From assembly GCF_009914755.1 (NCBI RefSeq), contig NC_060934.1: 64,000 bases of DNA, one strand, 5' to 3'. The notes beneath the pieces were generated by a model. It saw nothing but the letters and a program-made list of their open reading frames with translations. It had not been told where the DNA came from and searched no databases. The stretch comes from the human T2T-CHM13v2.0 reference genome, Homo sapiens. Shown here one piece after another: positions 13,101-27,752 of the stretch; position 1 is the stretch's first letter; each line of letters begins with the position of its first letter. A program made the position numbers and the translations under genes.

Positions 13101-16100
13101 TCCCTGTCCAACATAGTGGGCAGAATTCTGGGTGGCAGAAAGTTGCACAGCTGTGATCAATGTCAACGCCGATTGGGTTTGGAGCCAAGACTGTAGATGT
13201 CTTCTGAAATGCGGTTATAAGGTCCTGGAGAGGTCAGAAGCCTTTCGGGTTGTGCCAGGCAGGGAGGATACCAGCTCCAGACACCAATGACAACCTCCAC
13301 TCTGCCTCCAACCAGCCCTTGGAACCTTGGGCAAGTCCTTTTGTGAACTAAAGGAATTGGGTTGGCTAGCTTCTAACGTTCTTTCCAGAGCGAAGATTCG
13401 TTGGTTCTCTGTGGTTTTACAATACCACAAAATGAAAAGATCAAGAATAAAATGACAATAGATGCATTCTGTTGTGAAAATTTTATCCCATCCAAAAAGT
13501 TCTATGCACAATGGAATCCTTTCAGGATCTTGAAATCTAGCTACCTTCTTGGCCAAGACAAACTCTATTTGATCATAGCTTCTTAGATTCATTCAATTCT
13601 TAATTAACTTGTCATTAAAGTAGGACTGGGGGCTCACATGAGTGAGAAATCGGAAGAGAAACTCTCCATTGCATGCCCTAAGTGTGGGTTTGTGGCTGGG
13701 AATTCCTGGCTCCTATATTATTTGATCCATTTCTTTCTGGTTGAGAAGGGACATTCTTCAGTTATCAGGTGCACAACAAGGGACTCACTCTTGCACTGTC
13801 CTCCTCACCTGTTTTGGGCATCTCCAACAATCACCCTTGAACTGAACTTTGGCTGGTCTTGGCCCAGGTGAGGGGAGGCACCACTGCAGCCTGTCCTGTG
13901 GATGTCCTGTGACTCATCTTCACATGTCCAGGAGGGTGCTTCCCTGACTCAGCTTGGGAATTCGGCACAGGAGTCTCTGGTTCTCTTCCATCAGGTCTTG
14001 CTGTGGCCTTTGTATCCTCTTCCACTGGGTGTTCATTTACCTAAGTGCCACTTCTGATAAGACCAAGCCTGTACCTTGATGGTTGCCACTAGTCAAATGA
14101 GTGATGTCCCAGGCTGCAGAATATATTGAAGAGAGGGAAGACAGAATCCTAAGGAGGGCGAGGGGCCTCTTCAGTGGCCTTCAACATCTACCCTGTCTTT
14201 CCAGGCCAGCATGGGGAGGGATGTGTGACTTGCAGCTGGAGAGAGGAGCCCAGGCAGTCTGGCTCAGCCTAACTGGCATTCATCTCGCTGAACTGGGATC
14301 AGGAGCCCGCCCCTCTGCAAGACCCAGAGCAGCTCTCTTCATTGTTGCATGACCAAGCATCTCCTGGTTTGCAAGGACTGCTTTTGGATAGATTATTTCC
14401 TCTAATTAGCCTTGTGACATCTGGTGTGTGATCACAAACTGTAAGTCTATTGCAGACTCTGATGCTGGGTTCTCTGTGGACTGAGAGCCCCCCTGCACTA
14501 GGTCTGAGATGATGTATCTCTGCACACAGGAGCACTCATGAGGACTGTGGTCACCTAGGAGCTCAGGGACCCACAGAGCCCTGGGTCATTTTGAGCTCTA
14601 GCAGATGAGAATCTAGTTGCCCAGTGGGGCTTTGTATCATAGATTTGGACCAACAAGGGGGTTTACCTGGCTCATTGCACCAGAAGGAGCGTGGAGAATG
14701 CAAATTTCCCCAGACAGTTCAGGCACCTGAGGGCAGAGATCTGGCCTCGCACTCCTGCAGCCCCCACTCCCCACCCCATGAGCTCCCATGCCCAGCTCAG
14801 CACTAGGCATGTGGAGATGCTCCGCATAGACCACAAACCTGAACCTGACTTCCGCTTGCCACATGTTGATTAGAATCACCGCACATGCCACCAACTTCAT
14901 CCTTTTCAATGGTCATTTGTGTCCCTGCTCTCTGCAGCAGGGTAGACAGAGCCCATGTCACTCAGCGGCAGCCACGGGGTAGCAGCTTTGGAATAAGCTG
15001 GATCTACAATAGGACAAGACTCAGAGCCTTGCCACGTGGGGGCTCCCTGACCCATGCAATGCTGAGCCTGCCTCTGGGAAAGCCTGTGGCTGTGCTATGA
15101 CTCCTCCCTCTGACTTCTGACTCTCCAGGCCTCCGACCTCTGGCCGCAGCCGCCTCTTGACCTCACACTTGTTCTTCTATGCAGCTGAATGTGCGCATTC
15201 ACAGTTTGCGTTGTTTTTTGCATAAACTTATATTTCTCATTCTAAGAGTAATATATGTGCATTATAGAAAGCTTACAAATAAAGAAAAACACACATACTA
15301 AAGAGCTCAGTCATGGGTTTTTCTTTCCATATTTGATCCGTCCTGCTCTGTGGGTGTGTGATCTTTGTTGGTATGTTTGGGAACACCCTCTACGTACTAT
15401 CTAATGCCCTCCTCAAGTGCTCCTGGCCCCACACCTCAGCTTGTTCTGTGCTAGCACTTGGAGGCTTTCCCAGCCTCTGCCTGCTCCTAAGCCTGTTCTG
15501 CTTTGCCCACGTGCTCACCGCTTGTCCTCCCTGATCATCTCAGCACCCAGGACTCCCCTTGTGAGCATCCATAGCCCTGCTTGTCTCTCATGCTTGCTTC
15601 CTAATCACAGACGTGCTGGCCCACAATATTCTCTGACTTTGTCCGAACCTCTGAGGTCGGGAGTCCCTGCTTCTGTTTCTTGGTAAGTTCAGTGGTATCT
15701 TACATTGAGCTAAAGAAAGGGCTCCTAAGCTAGATATGTAAGGATCTTATTAAGAAATAAAAATTTAATTAATATATTCATAAGAAGGCTCATCTTCATT
15801 AATAACGGCCAGCTCAGCCCCCACTATCTTTTACGCACCATCGATAAAGGTTAATGCCCTTCATGATGTTGGGTCCTGAGAAAGTTGATCATGGTCTTTA
15901 CTAAACTCGATGCTCCCCAACCTGCCTTGCAGGGGCCCTGGAAACAAACACCAGCATGATTTTGAATGTGCACACACCAGGGCTTACAGCTGAAGGGGCT
16001 TCTCGGTCAACCAGCCCAGGTGTTTTGGGTTCTTTATCTCTCCTTCTGCTAAACATGTGAAGAGGGGCTGGAAGCATACAGGGTGGGTTTTTGGTGTGTG

Positions 16101-16139
16101 TGGCGTTTTTGTGGGGTGACCACTTTTAAAGACCTTTCC

Positions 16140-17400
16140 GCTCCTGTAGAAAAAGCTGACAAAGAGAATGTGGTTGTCAGTCGTGTTTCAGAGATCAATG
16201 TTCCCTCGCGCGGCGGGGCCAATCCACACCCATATTTTTAATGATCTGACCCAATGTGAATCTGCCGGTTACAAAGATGCTGCCTTAGAATTTTAAAAAA
16301 CCTCATAAATAATTTGTTATAACCGCAGGGTATCATGTTACCATGTTACTTATCATGGAACTAGGATAATATTTAAATTGCTTATTTACAGCGTTAAAGT
16401 AAATAGTGGTTTGGGCATTTCTGCAAAGCAGGGGACATGCGTTGTCACTCCCTGCCCCCTCCCTGCCGCCTGCGTTTCCCAGCCTCAGTGCGCTCGCCCT
16501 TCCTGCTGGGTCTGAGTTCTTTTCCCAGCTGCAATTACTCCATTATGCTATTAAAGTTCAGAATGTGCAACATGCCTGACCCCCGAAGGCATTTGACAGT
16601 CATTTTTTTTTATCTTGTCTAATACCTGTGGCTCCCTTTCTGTACTGACATTTGACTGCAAGCATTCTATGGGATCTGCCGGTTAGCTGTCCCTTGAAGG
16701 CCACTGGCCTCAGCACCTCTTATGGCCACTCATCTGGCCCCTGTCAGATCTCCGAGGGGGGTGGCGAGCAACACAGTGAATGAAATATCAAGCGCATCAG
16801 ATCAAATGGCAGGCTGGCCCCCCAGGTAAGAGCAGACTCAGGGTGGAGGGCATTGGATCAGGCCTTCAGGCTTCCCTGGTTCACACGGGGCTCGGACCCT
16901 TGTTCCATCAAGTGCCCCTCGCTTAAGCCCCACTAATTGGGTAGGATTGCTGCCGTCTGATGAGTCATAATTAGGACGAGGCGGCTCCGGTAGGAGCCTT
17001 CTTATCCGGCAAAGGGTCAGGGACTAATGACTAGCAGAAGGTAACGGTTTTGTTGATGCCTGTAGACTCTGCTGGAAAAAAAAAATCCAGTGCTGCTGCA
17101 TTTCTTCCGGCGGCAGGCACTGAATCTTCCCTCATTTGATTCAGTGACCTCTCAAGTGCATCCTCGCCCCGAGGGCTCTGGGCCGTCCGGCAACTGTGAA
17201 GCCCCTTGGGTTGATAATCTTCTCCCACACTTGCCCTTAACACCAGACGCACCACCATTAGCCGCAGCTGCACGGGCGCTCATTAGAGGCGATCGATAGG
17301 AGTGAGATCAGGAATGCCGCTGCCCCCACTCTCCGGGTCCTGCAGATTTGCAGGCGTTCCCACGCAACGTCTTCCTGCCAGCCACGCAAAACAGGGGCTT
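16140..17400. promoter_or_regulatory. Candidate enhancer/promoter-like non-coding element
   Basis: Repeat-free and CpG-enriched; GC box 16212-16218, CCAAT 16219-16223 and CACACCC 16225-16231 adjacent; AP-1 TGAGTCA 16961-16967 fused to TAATTA; several TGACA/TGTCA sites. Function is inferred. Confidence 0.45.
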
Positions 17401-19489
17401 CTTAACACACAAAAGGGGAAAATGAGAAAGGACAAGGAGAAAGTACATATTTACCTTCCTGCTCTCAGGGTGTTTTTGTTGACTTGTCTAGAGGAAATTT
17501 TATTTTCACCGTGATGTGAAAATCGCTAGTCTTTGCCTTCTGTTGCTCCTTGAGTCAGACAGGCCAAAGTAAAAATGTTTCTTAATGAAAGAATCACCAG
17601 CTCTCCCTACAGAGACAGGGAAAATGTTGTTGTAGCGAGCTGGGCTGGGGGAGCTGCGATGAGTGCTGGGGTCCCCAGTCGCGCCGGAAGGTGTGGCCGG
17701 GGAGCCTGGTCACTCCCACCCTCCTTCCTTCCAAGCTGGGGAACTTGGGCCCCAGTGGATACTGGAAGCAGTAATGGTCTCAGTGGCAGAGGCTGGAGTC
17801 AGCTGTCCTGCTCAGGCCCCACAGGTCAGCTCCTTTAGGAGAGCTGGGCCACGTTGCCCACGGGGCCCTTCTTCCCCTGTGCTGGGCTGGGTGGGCTCAG
17901 GACCCTCCTAGGGCTGAGGAGCAGCAGCCTCTCTTACATACTGGGGGCAGCAGCGGGTGGCGAGGCACTTCCTCTCCCCGCCAACCTGGCCCTTCCTCCT
18001 CATTCTCAGGTGGGTTTGGGCCCTGGTGCCTTTGGTGGGCTCATGGTTGCCATCTCTCCCCATCCTTACTACCAGCTTCCCATGGAAAGGACTAGAGACA
18101 TGAGAAAGTAGTGAAAACCCAAAGTTGGAGCTGCACCCTACAGTAGCATCCCCAGAACAGGAAATTCAGGACCGACCCTAACCATGTCTTCCCATCAAAG
18201 AAGGAAAGTGCATTTGAGAACTCTCTAGGAAAGACCCCATAGACCTGCAGTGTTGTTCCCTAGCTAGAAGGGCTGGGTCGGGGACCGAGGTGGCAGGAGA
18301 GCACATCTCGACCCTGCCAGCAGCCATACCTTGCAGAGAAAGGAAACTCTGCTCCCAGAAGTGTGGAGAGACACTCTCAGACAGAGGAGAGCACCTCCAC
18401 AGAAGGGCCCTGACCCTGCTTCCTCCCCAGCCACATTGCTGGGCAATCAATCTCACAGAGCAAGTGCAGAGCTCTGAACTTTTCCTATATCCTTTAGTCT
18501 CTGCCTGAAATATTGATCTAGTTACAGAAACCATGATAACTCAAAAACCGGGCAAAAGAAACCTTTCTTTATAAAGATAAGCAAAGAATGGTGACTTATG
18601 ACTTATGACAATCAGAAGTTTTAAGGACTCAGAACAAATGTCTGTCTATGAAATGAGGTAGTAGCAAGAAATAGAAAATTCTAGAAAGTTCCTCTTTTCT
18701 ATTTTTCACAAAATTTAGGGTGACACTGCACCTATGAAATCAGAACTGGGTTTTTTTGTTGTTGTTGTTGTTTCGTTTTTGTTTTTTGCAGGGGAAAAAG
18801 CAAGACCCTCAAAGGCTATTTACAAATAATTAATAAATTTAAACTGCAATGTGGGCAGTTAATTGTAGACAATTGATTCATTGACATGGAAGATAAACCT
18901 GAGAATATAGAGAAGCTCAGAGAAAAGGGACAAATAAATAAAATGATAAAAAAAAAAAGCAGGAGACCTGGAAGGTCAAGAGATCCAATATATGTATAAT
19001 GGGAATTCCTGAAGAAGAGAGTGCAGTGAACGGAGAAGCCAATGTTATCTCCAAGGAATAAAAAGGGCTTTATGAGTACCAAACACAATCAATGGAAGTT
19101 GAATTTTAATGTTGAAAAGAAGTATGCATGTAGGCTAAAAAACAATCAACCTAAAAAGAAGTAAAACTCAAACCGTTATGAGTTTCTTCTACCTACAAAA
19201 AGACCAAATCCATTTTCACTTTTATTGGAACACAGAGCTCGTAGTCTGTTCTGCTTGAGATTATGAATGGTTTTGTTTACTTTGTTATTTACCTGAACAT
19301 TGTACCTGAAAAAAAATTCAATTCCAGTATTCCCCCATCTCCCGCGATCATCTGTACCTTGAGACAAATTGGATAGTGGGTAGATTTTTCTGCAATAATA
19401 AAGACTAGACAACAATGAATAAGTGTTTCCAGAGTTTTTTTTAGAACGATATTTTGATGCAAGTCTTCTCTACCCTGACAATGTGCCAT

Positions 19490-19630
19490 TTTTAGGTAGC
19501 ATCCAGTTAGTCTGCAAACTCCATAAGGTAAGGACTGCAAAGATTTGTGCTGTCTCATTAATTCTCTCTTCCTTGGATCTAGCAAGGTGCCAGACATATG
19601 GAAGGTGCACATTATGTGTATATTGATTAG
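19490..19630 (+). mobile_element. L2 3' end fragment
   Basis: TGCAAACTCCATAAGGTAAGGACT...TCTAGCAAGGTGCCAGACATATGGAAGGTGCAC resembles an L2 terminus. Confidence 0.55.
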
Positions 19631-20308
19631 AATTGGCTACAGCAAAGGACATTCTCAGATATGCAAAGAACCTCAAAAATATGACACTCGTGTACCCTTC
19701 TTTAAAAATTTATTGAAGACACCCTGCAGCCAGCTATGGAAGGATGGGGAAGTCATAGCATAAAAAAAAAGAGGTAAACAGCAAAACCAGCAAAGTATGT
19801 AGAGTTGAAGTAACTTTAGCTTATGTAATTAAAAAACAACCCAAGTACAAAATATAATTATTAAGATCTAAATGCTTAAGTTATGCAAATAATTCAGTAT
19901 TAATTATCTACTCTAGCTATTAGATAATAAAAACAAAAGTTGGCAAATGAGATAGGGAAATAAAAAGTAAATGTGCGTTAAACTTTTGTTTTCCTTGGGA
20001 AGAGACATTGGGTAATATCACAGTGTTAATGGTAACTAAAAAAAAATGTGGTTATAAAAAGGGATGTAAAAATAACCACATGTGGAATAAAAACAGGAGT
20101 TACTCTTTGAAAATTACCAAAAGAAAAAAGAGCTAAGGAAACAATTCTTTAATAAAAGATGAATAAAGGGAAGCAACAAGAACGTATTAAAAAATAAGGG
20201 ACAATAGAAGTAAGTCCAGTGATAAATGTGAAGAGGCCAAATTCCTCAAATGACAGACTTGCAGGCTTGATTGAAAAGCAGAGTTGAATTAAAGTCTGTT
20301 GACAAAAG

Positions 20309-20370
20309 ATGCATATAAAATAAAAAGACATGCATATAAAATAAAAAGACATGCATATAAAATAAAAAGA
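20309..20370 (+). repeat. 21-bp minisatellite x3
   Basis: ATGCATATAAAATAAAAAGAC repeated three times (last copy lacks the final C). Confidence 0.97.
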
Positions 20371-22759
20371 AAGATTGGAAAATAGGGGTTGGACAAAGAC
20401 ATGTCAAGTAAATACAAGTAACTGAAAAGTAGAAGAAATATCAAATTAAGAGTTGAAACAGTTTCAATGATTTTCATATAGACAAAAAGCAAAATGCACC
20501 ACGAATATATATATGAATAATAAACCCCTATGTGTGAAATATAATTATAGGAATATGTAAAGTAAAAGTAAAAATATAAGAAGAAATTGACAAAAACGTG
20601 ATTAATCCAGTGAGTAATTTTCATATGCCACAGTCAGTACAGGACAAGATGAATTAACAAAATTAAACAGAGAGATAAAAAACTGAACAAAATATAATAA
20701 ATAGAGCTGATTTGTGTTTAATAAGGGGTAGTGAACTTTGTACCATCCAAAGAATGGGGATAATGTCCATAATATGTTTGTAAAAATTGATGATCAAAAT
20801 GTCTTAATTATAAAGAAAAACGTAATGAAATCTCTTAAGTAACAAACTGTACAGACCATATTTGTAGCTACAAAATGGACACAAATTTTAGTAACAAAAA
20901 TGTACCACCAACTGTAATATGCTTAAAAATTAAAATAATACTCCCCTAGTATTAGATTAAATAAAGTCTCTAATTCAAGGCTACTTAAAAAACAAAGACA
21001 TATAAAATTTAAAGATGAAGCCCAAAGTCATTTCAGAGTCAAACACATCAGATTAAATATATTTGTTAATAAATAAGAATAAACAACAATAAAAACCTCT
21101 AATAACCACTTATTTTTATAGTTTTAGAAAATCCAAGATATTAAGTTCAAGGATATTTAAAAAATAATAAAGACTACAAAAGAGAAATTTATGAACCAAA
21201 ACATGGAAACAGTAAACTTGATAAATTCAAGAACTTTAAAAACAAACAAATACACCTTAAAAATTTAACCAATGAAAGATCTATTTGGGAAAAAAAGAAA
21301 AAACTGTAAATATGGAGAAATGAGGAATTTAATAACCATGATTGAGGAAATAAAGGAAAAGAAGAGAATATAATTAATAAAACTATAAATAATGGTGATA
21401 AAAACTATAAAGAAATGCTGTATATTAAAACTTAGTGGTAATAAACTATCAATGAAATTGAATATTTTTCCGAAGGAAATGTAAATTTTCACGTATTTCT
21501 ACAGGGTAATAACCATGGAGAAAAATTTCAAAAGTTGTCTTAGGTTTAATAGTTATAGTTTTGCAATAGTTTCATATTAATCTCTTGTGTCAATCCCTCT
21601 ATGTTCAGTATTTTGGTCTTCCAGATTAATTTTAGAATCCTTCAGAGTTTGGAAGTGAAGGATTTCTCTTGTAAGAACTTATAATTACCCTGCTATATGA
21701 ATGACTGCAAACCACTGAGAGAGAATGCTTCCTGGTACATTTCACAGAACGATCTGAGGCTTGAATCTACAATTTGAAAAAGTGTAGGAAAACTCCAGAC
21801 CCAGCTCCCTGGAGGATGAAGTAAGACTAGTGGGTGGCACTGGCTCCTGGTGAGATGTGTCCACAGCTGTTGAATCAAAAACCGAAAAGTCCTAAATAAT
21901 ATATAGCAAATACCAAGTAGAAAACAACATTTTCATATACCATATAGGTCTATTCTAGGAATATAATAATGTTTTAATATTCAGAAATCTATTAATAAAA
22001 TATATCACATCCATAGATTAAAAGAAAGAAAACCTCAATAGATTTCCAGAAGGCATCTGATAAAATTCAACATCAATTTCTAATAAAAACTTAATAAGTT
22101 AGGAATAGGAGAACAGTTCCTTGACATAAAAAAAAAAAACAACAACAATAGAAAATCAGCAGCTACATCGCATTTAATGAAGATCCTCCAAAGGCTCTGC
22201 AGTTAATATCAAGATCGGGGTAAGGATGCTACAATCGCCATCATTATGATCATTGTTCTGAAAGTTCTAGCAAGTGTGGTAAGGTAGGAAGGAGAAATAA
22301 AATTAAGGAATAGATAAAAAAAACTGCAACTATATCTATAAATTCTAAGAGAATATTTTAAAGAAAGTAGTTAACAGTTACTTTTTAAAGAAAAGTAGCA
22401 TGCACAAATCAAAAATTTTCTTATCTTCCATTAATAATTAGCTGGAAAATGAGAAGATAAAAGATTTTCAATCCACAAGATCAATGTAGGACACTAAATT
22501 CTAGGAGTAAACCCAGTAAGATATACCAGGGACCCATGTGAAGAAAAGAACAGCAGGTCTTGAGAGGTGTCAAGGAAGTATTGAATAAATAGAGATATAG
22601 CCCTTGGTTCCGAATAATGCACAGAGGTCAAATATGCGCAATGTAACTTGTATCAGGGCAATTCCAATCACAATTCAGATTTGGGATTGACTTCAGCCTG
22701 CTGTAGAAGAATAGCAAAAAGGTTGATTCCTAACAGAGGAGGAGAACAGTGGAGAGGGC

Positions 22760-22792
22760 AAGGAAATCTCATTTTACTGGGCTTTGCAGATA

Positions 22793-22829
<37 letters not shown>

Positions 22830-24674
22830 GGAAGGTTTGTGGCCACCCTGCATGGAGCAAGTCTATTGGTGCCATTTTTTTCCAACAGCATGTGCTCGCT
22901 TCCTATCTCTGTGTTACATTTTGGTGATGCTTGCAATATTTCAAACTTTTTCATTGCTATTAAATCTGTTATGATGACTTGTGATCAGTGATCTTTAATG
23001 AAACTCTTATAATTATTCTGGGGTGTCATGAACTGCACCCATGTAAAGCAAAGAACTTAATTGATAAATGTTGTATGTGTTGTGACTGCTCCATTGATCA
23101 GCCATTCTTTTGTCTCTCCCTCCTTTTGGGCTTCCCTAACATGCAATTAGATTGAAATTAGACTAAATGATAATCCTACAATGGCCTGTAAGTGTTCAAG
23201 TGAAAGGAAGAGTTGAATATCTCACATTTTAAATCAAAAGTTAGAAATGAGTAAGATGTGTTAAAAGATCACTTAGGCTGAAAGTCAGGCCTCTTGTGCT
23301 AAACTTAGCCAAATTGTCAATGCAAAGGAAAATATAAGTTGAAGGAAATTAAAAGTGCTACTCCAGTGAACACACACATGATAAGAAAGTGAAACAACCT
23401 TATTGCTGATATGGAGAAAGTTTGAGTGGTCTGGATAGAAGATCAATCCAGCCACAACATTCTCTTAAGTCAAAGCCTAATGCACCATTAGACCCTAACT
23501 CTCTTCAATTCTATGAAGGTTGAGAGGGTAAAGAAGCTGCAGAAGAAAAGTTTGAAGCCTGTAGGAAAGGTTGGTTCATGAGATTTAAGAAAAGAAGCCA
23601 TCGCCATAACATAAAAGTGCAAGGCAAAACAGCAAGTGCTGATGGAGAAGCTGCAACAAGTTATCTGGAAGATCTAGCTAAGATTGCTGGGGTGGCTGCT
23701 TTAAATAACAGGTTTTCAATATAGACATAACAGCCTTTAGAAGGTGCCCTCTAGGACTTCCATAGCTACAGAGAAGTCAATGGCTGGCTTCAAAGCTTCA
23801 AAGGGCAGGCTGACTCTTTTAATAGGGGCTAATGTATCTGGTGACTTTAAGTTGAAGCCAATGATCCTTTACCATTCTAAAAATCCTAGAGCCCTTAAGA
23901 ATTAAGCTGAATCTATTCTGTCTGTGCTCTATAAATAGGACAACAAAGCCTAGATGACAGCACATCTGTTTACAGCATGGTTTGCTGAATATTTAAAGCC
24001 CATTTTTGAGATCTACTGTACACACACACACAAAAGATTCCTTTCAAAATATTACTGCTCATTGACAATGCGTCTGGCCACCCTAAAGCTCTGTTGGAAA
24101 TGTACAAGGACATGAATGTTGGTTCCCTGCCTGCTAACACAAGATCCATTCTGCAGCCAATGTATCAAGGAGTAATTTTGACTTTCAAGTCTTATTATTT
24201 AGGAAATACATTTCATAAGGCTGTAGCTGCCACAGATAGTGATTCTTATGATGGATCTGGGCAAAGTAAATTGAAAACTTAGAAAGGATTTACCATTCTA
24301 GATGCCATCAAGAACATTCATAATTCAGAAGATTAAAATATCAATATTATCAGGAGTTTAGAAGAAGTTGATTCCAACCCTCATGGATGACTTTGAGGAG
24401 TTCAAGACTTCACTGGGGGAAGTAATTGCAGATGTGGTGGAAATAGAAGAAGAACTAGAATTAGAAAGTTGAGCCTGAAGATGTGACTGAATTGCTGCAA
24501 TCTCAAGATACACTTGAGTGGATGAGGAGTTGCTTCTTATGGAAGAGCAAAGGAAGTGGTTTCTTGGGATAGAATATACTCCTGGTGAAGATGCTATGAA
24601 CACTATTGAAATGAAAACAAAGGATATAGACTATTACATAAAATGAGTTGATAAAGCAATGGCAGGTTATAAGA

Positions 24675-24705
<31 letters not shown>

Positions 24706-25475
24706 GACAGAGTCTTGCTCTGTCACCACACTGGAGTGAGTGCAGAGGTGCAGTCTTGGCTCGCTGCAACCTCTGCCTCCTGGATTCAAGCAATTCTGTG
24801 CCTCAGCCTCCCAAGTAGCTGGGACTACAGGCGTGCGCCACCACACCCAGTTAATTTTTGTATTCTTAGTAGAGACAGGGTTTTACCATGTTGGCCAGGA
24901 TGGTCTTGATCTCCTGACCTCATGATCCGCCTGCCTTGGCCTCCCAAAGTGCTGGGATTACAGGTGTGAGCCCCTGTGCCTGGCCAATTCTGTTTTTAAA
25001 AGAAGTTCTACTGTGGGTAAATGCCATCAAAAAGCATCAAATGTTACAGAGAGATTTTTCATAAAAGGAAGAGTCGATCAATGTGGCAAATTTCGTTGTT
25101 GTCTTATTTTAAGAAATTGCCACAGCCACCCCAACCTTCAGTAACCACCACCCTGATGACTTCACAGTCATGCACATCAAGGCAACACCCTCCACCAGCA
25201 ACAAGATGATGACTCAGGAAAGATCAGGTGATCCTTAACACTTTTTAGCAATAAAGTATTTTAAAATTAAGCTATGTACATTACATTTTTTTATATACAA
25301 TTCTCATGCACACTTAATAGTATGCATGGTATAAAAATAGCTTTCGTGAGGCACTGGGAAACCAAAAGATTTACATCCCCTCCTCTTCCCTCCCCTTCTA
25401 TTCTCACTGTACTGAGACATTCGCTTTGTTGCAATTGTCTGGAATGGAACCCACAACATCTCCAAGGTATGCCTG
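22760..25475 (+). mobile_element. Tigger1 (TcMar-Tigger DNA transposon), near full length, interrupted by an Alu
   Basis: 5' GCAGATATTGC...GAAGGTTTGTGGCCACCCTGCATGGAGCAAGTC; degenerate pogo-type transposase; 3' TIR end CCAAGGTATGCCTG; about 2.4 kb after removing the Alu. Confidence 0.93.
24678..24985 (-). mobile_element. AluS (Sc-like) inserted in Tigger1
   Basis: Alu dimer with (TTTTG)n tail; Tigger1 resumes on both sides. Confidence 0.95.
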
Positions 25476-25479
25476 TTAC

Positions 25480-27057
<1,578 letters not shown>

Positions 27058-27571
27058 GCTCTATAAGGGAAGGGTACAGGCCTTGCTACACAATGCCCAT
27101 CTGAAGGGTCTTTCTAAGCCGTGGAGAAGTGGAGGGATCAAAGCAAGGGCTCCAGGAAGGCTCGATGTCTTCGTCTCCCTCTGCCTCTTGCTCTTTATTT
27201 TTTTCTGTTATGAGATACTTCTTTCCCTCTAGTCATTCCGAAAAGGTGGTGGTTTCCAGTCTCTCGGCTTTCAGTTAATAACATTTCCTTATTTAAAGTC
27301 TAACTTGTTCTTTTCAAGCTGGATCTATTTTCCTTCTCAGTCTTCAGGCATCTTGGCTTAATTTCCTGAGAAAGCTGCTTGCAAGTCATGGAGCATCTCA
27401 CTGAGGTCCTTGGGAGTGGATGTGGGTGAGGAGGCGTTGGAAGAGAAATTCCTGCTGCGTCTCTCTAGCACCCTGCTCAGTCCTAGGGGCTTGCTTTGGC
27501 TCCCAATGTGGTTTCATGGGTCTGGGAGTGAATGCAATTGGCTGCTTCACCAGCAACAGAAACTCCAAATT

Positions 27572-27752
27572 AGGATGACCGGATTCCACAAATAAAATAC
27601 AGAATGCCCAGTTATATTTGATTTCAGAAGAACAACTAACTTTTTAGTATATGTCCCAAATATTGCATGCGATATACTCATTCTAAAAATGATGCATTGT
27701 TTTTCTGAAATTCTAATTTCACTGGTCATCCTGCATTTTATCTGGCCACTCC
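27572..27752. mobile_element. MER53 palindromic non-autonomous DNA transposon
   Basis: AATAAAATACAGAATGCCCAGTT...TGTCCCAAATATTGCATG...ACTGGTCATCCTGCATTTTATCTGGC; arms are self-complementary. Confidence 0.85.

Larger units (their letters stand above)
18560..22755 (+). mobile_element. Old L1M (L1ME-like) body, ORF1 to ORF2 remnants
   Basis: ORF1-like RSNICIMGIPEEE (~18981-19019); RT-like CTCAATAGATTTCCAGAAGGCATCTGATAAAATTCAACATC (~22034, cf. [13 protein letters not shown]); strong A bias; many stops. Confidence 0.8.

Noticed and set aside
22892-22902. GTGCTCGCTTC equals the first 11 nt of U6 snRNA
   Set aside because: The match stops at 11 nt and lies inside colinear Tigger1 sequence
23230-24620. 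Possible domesticated pogo transposase (TIGD-like) gene
   Set aside because: Multiple stops and frameshifts; only a 62-aa piece is open; ordinary Tigger1 fossil
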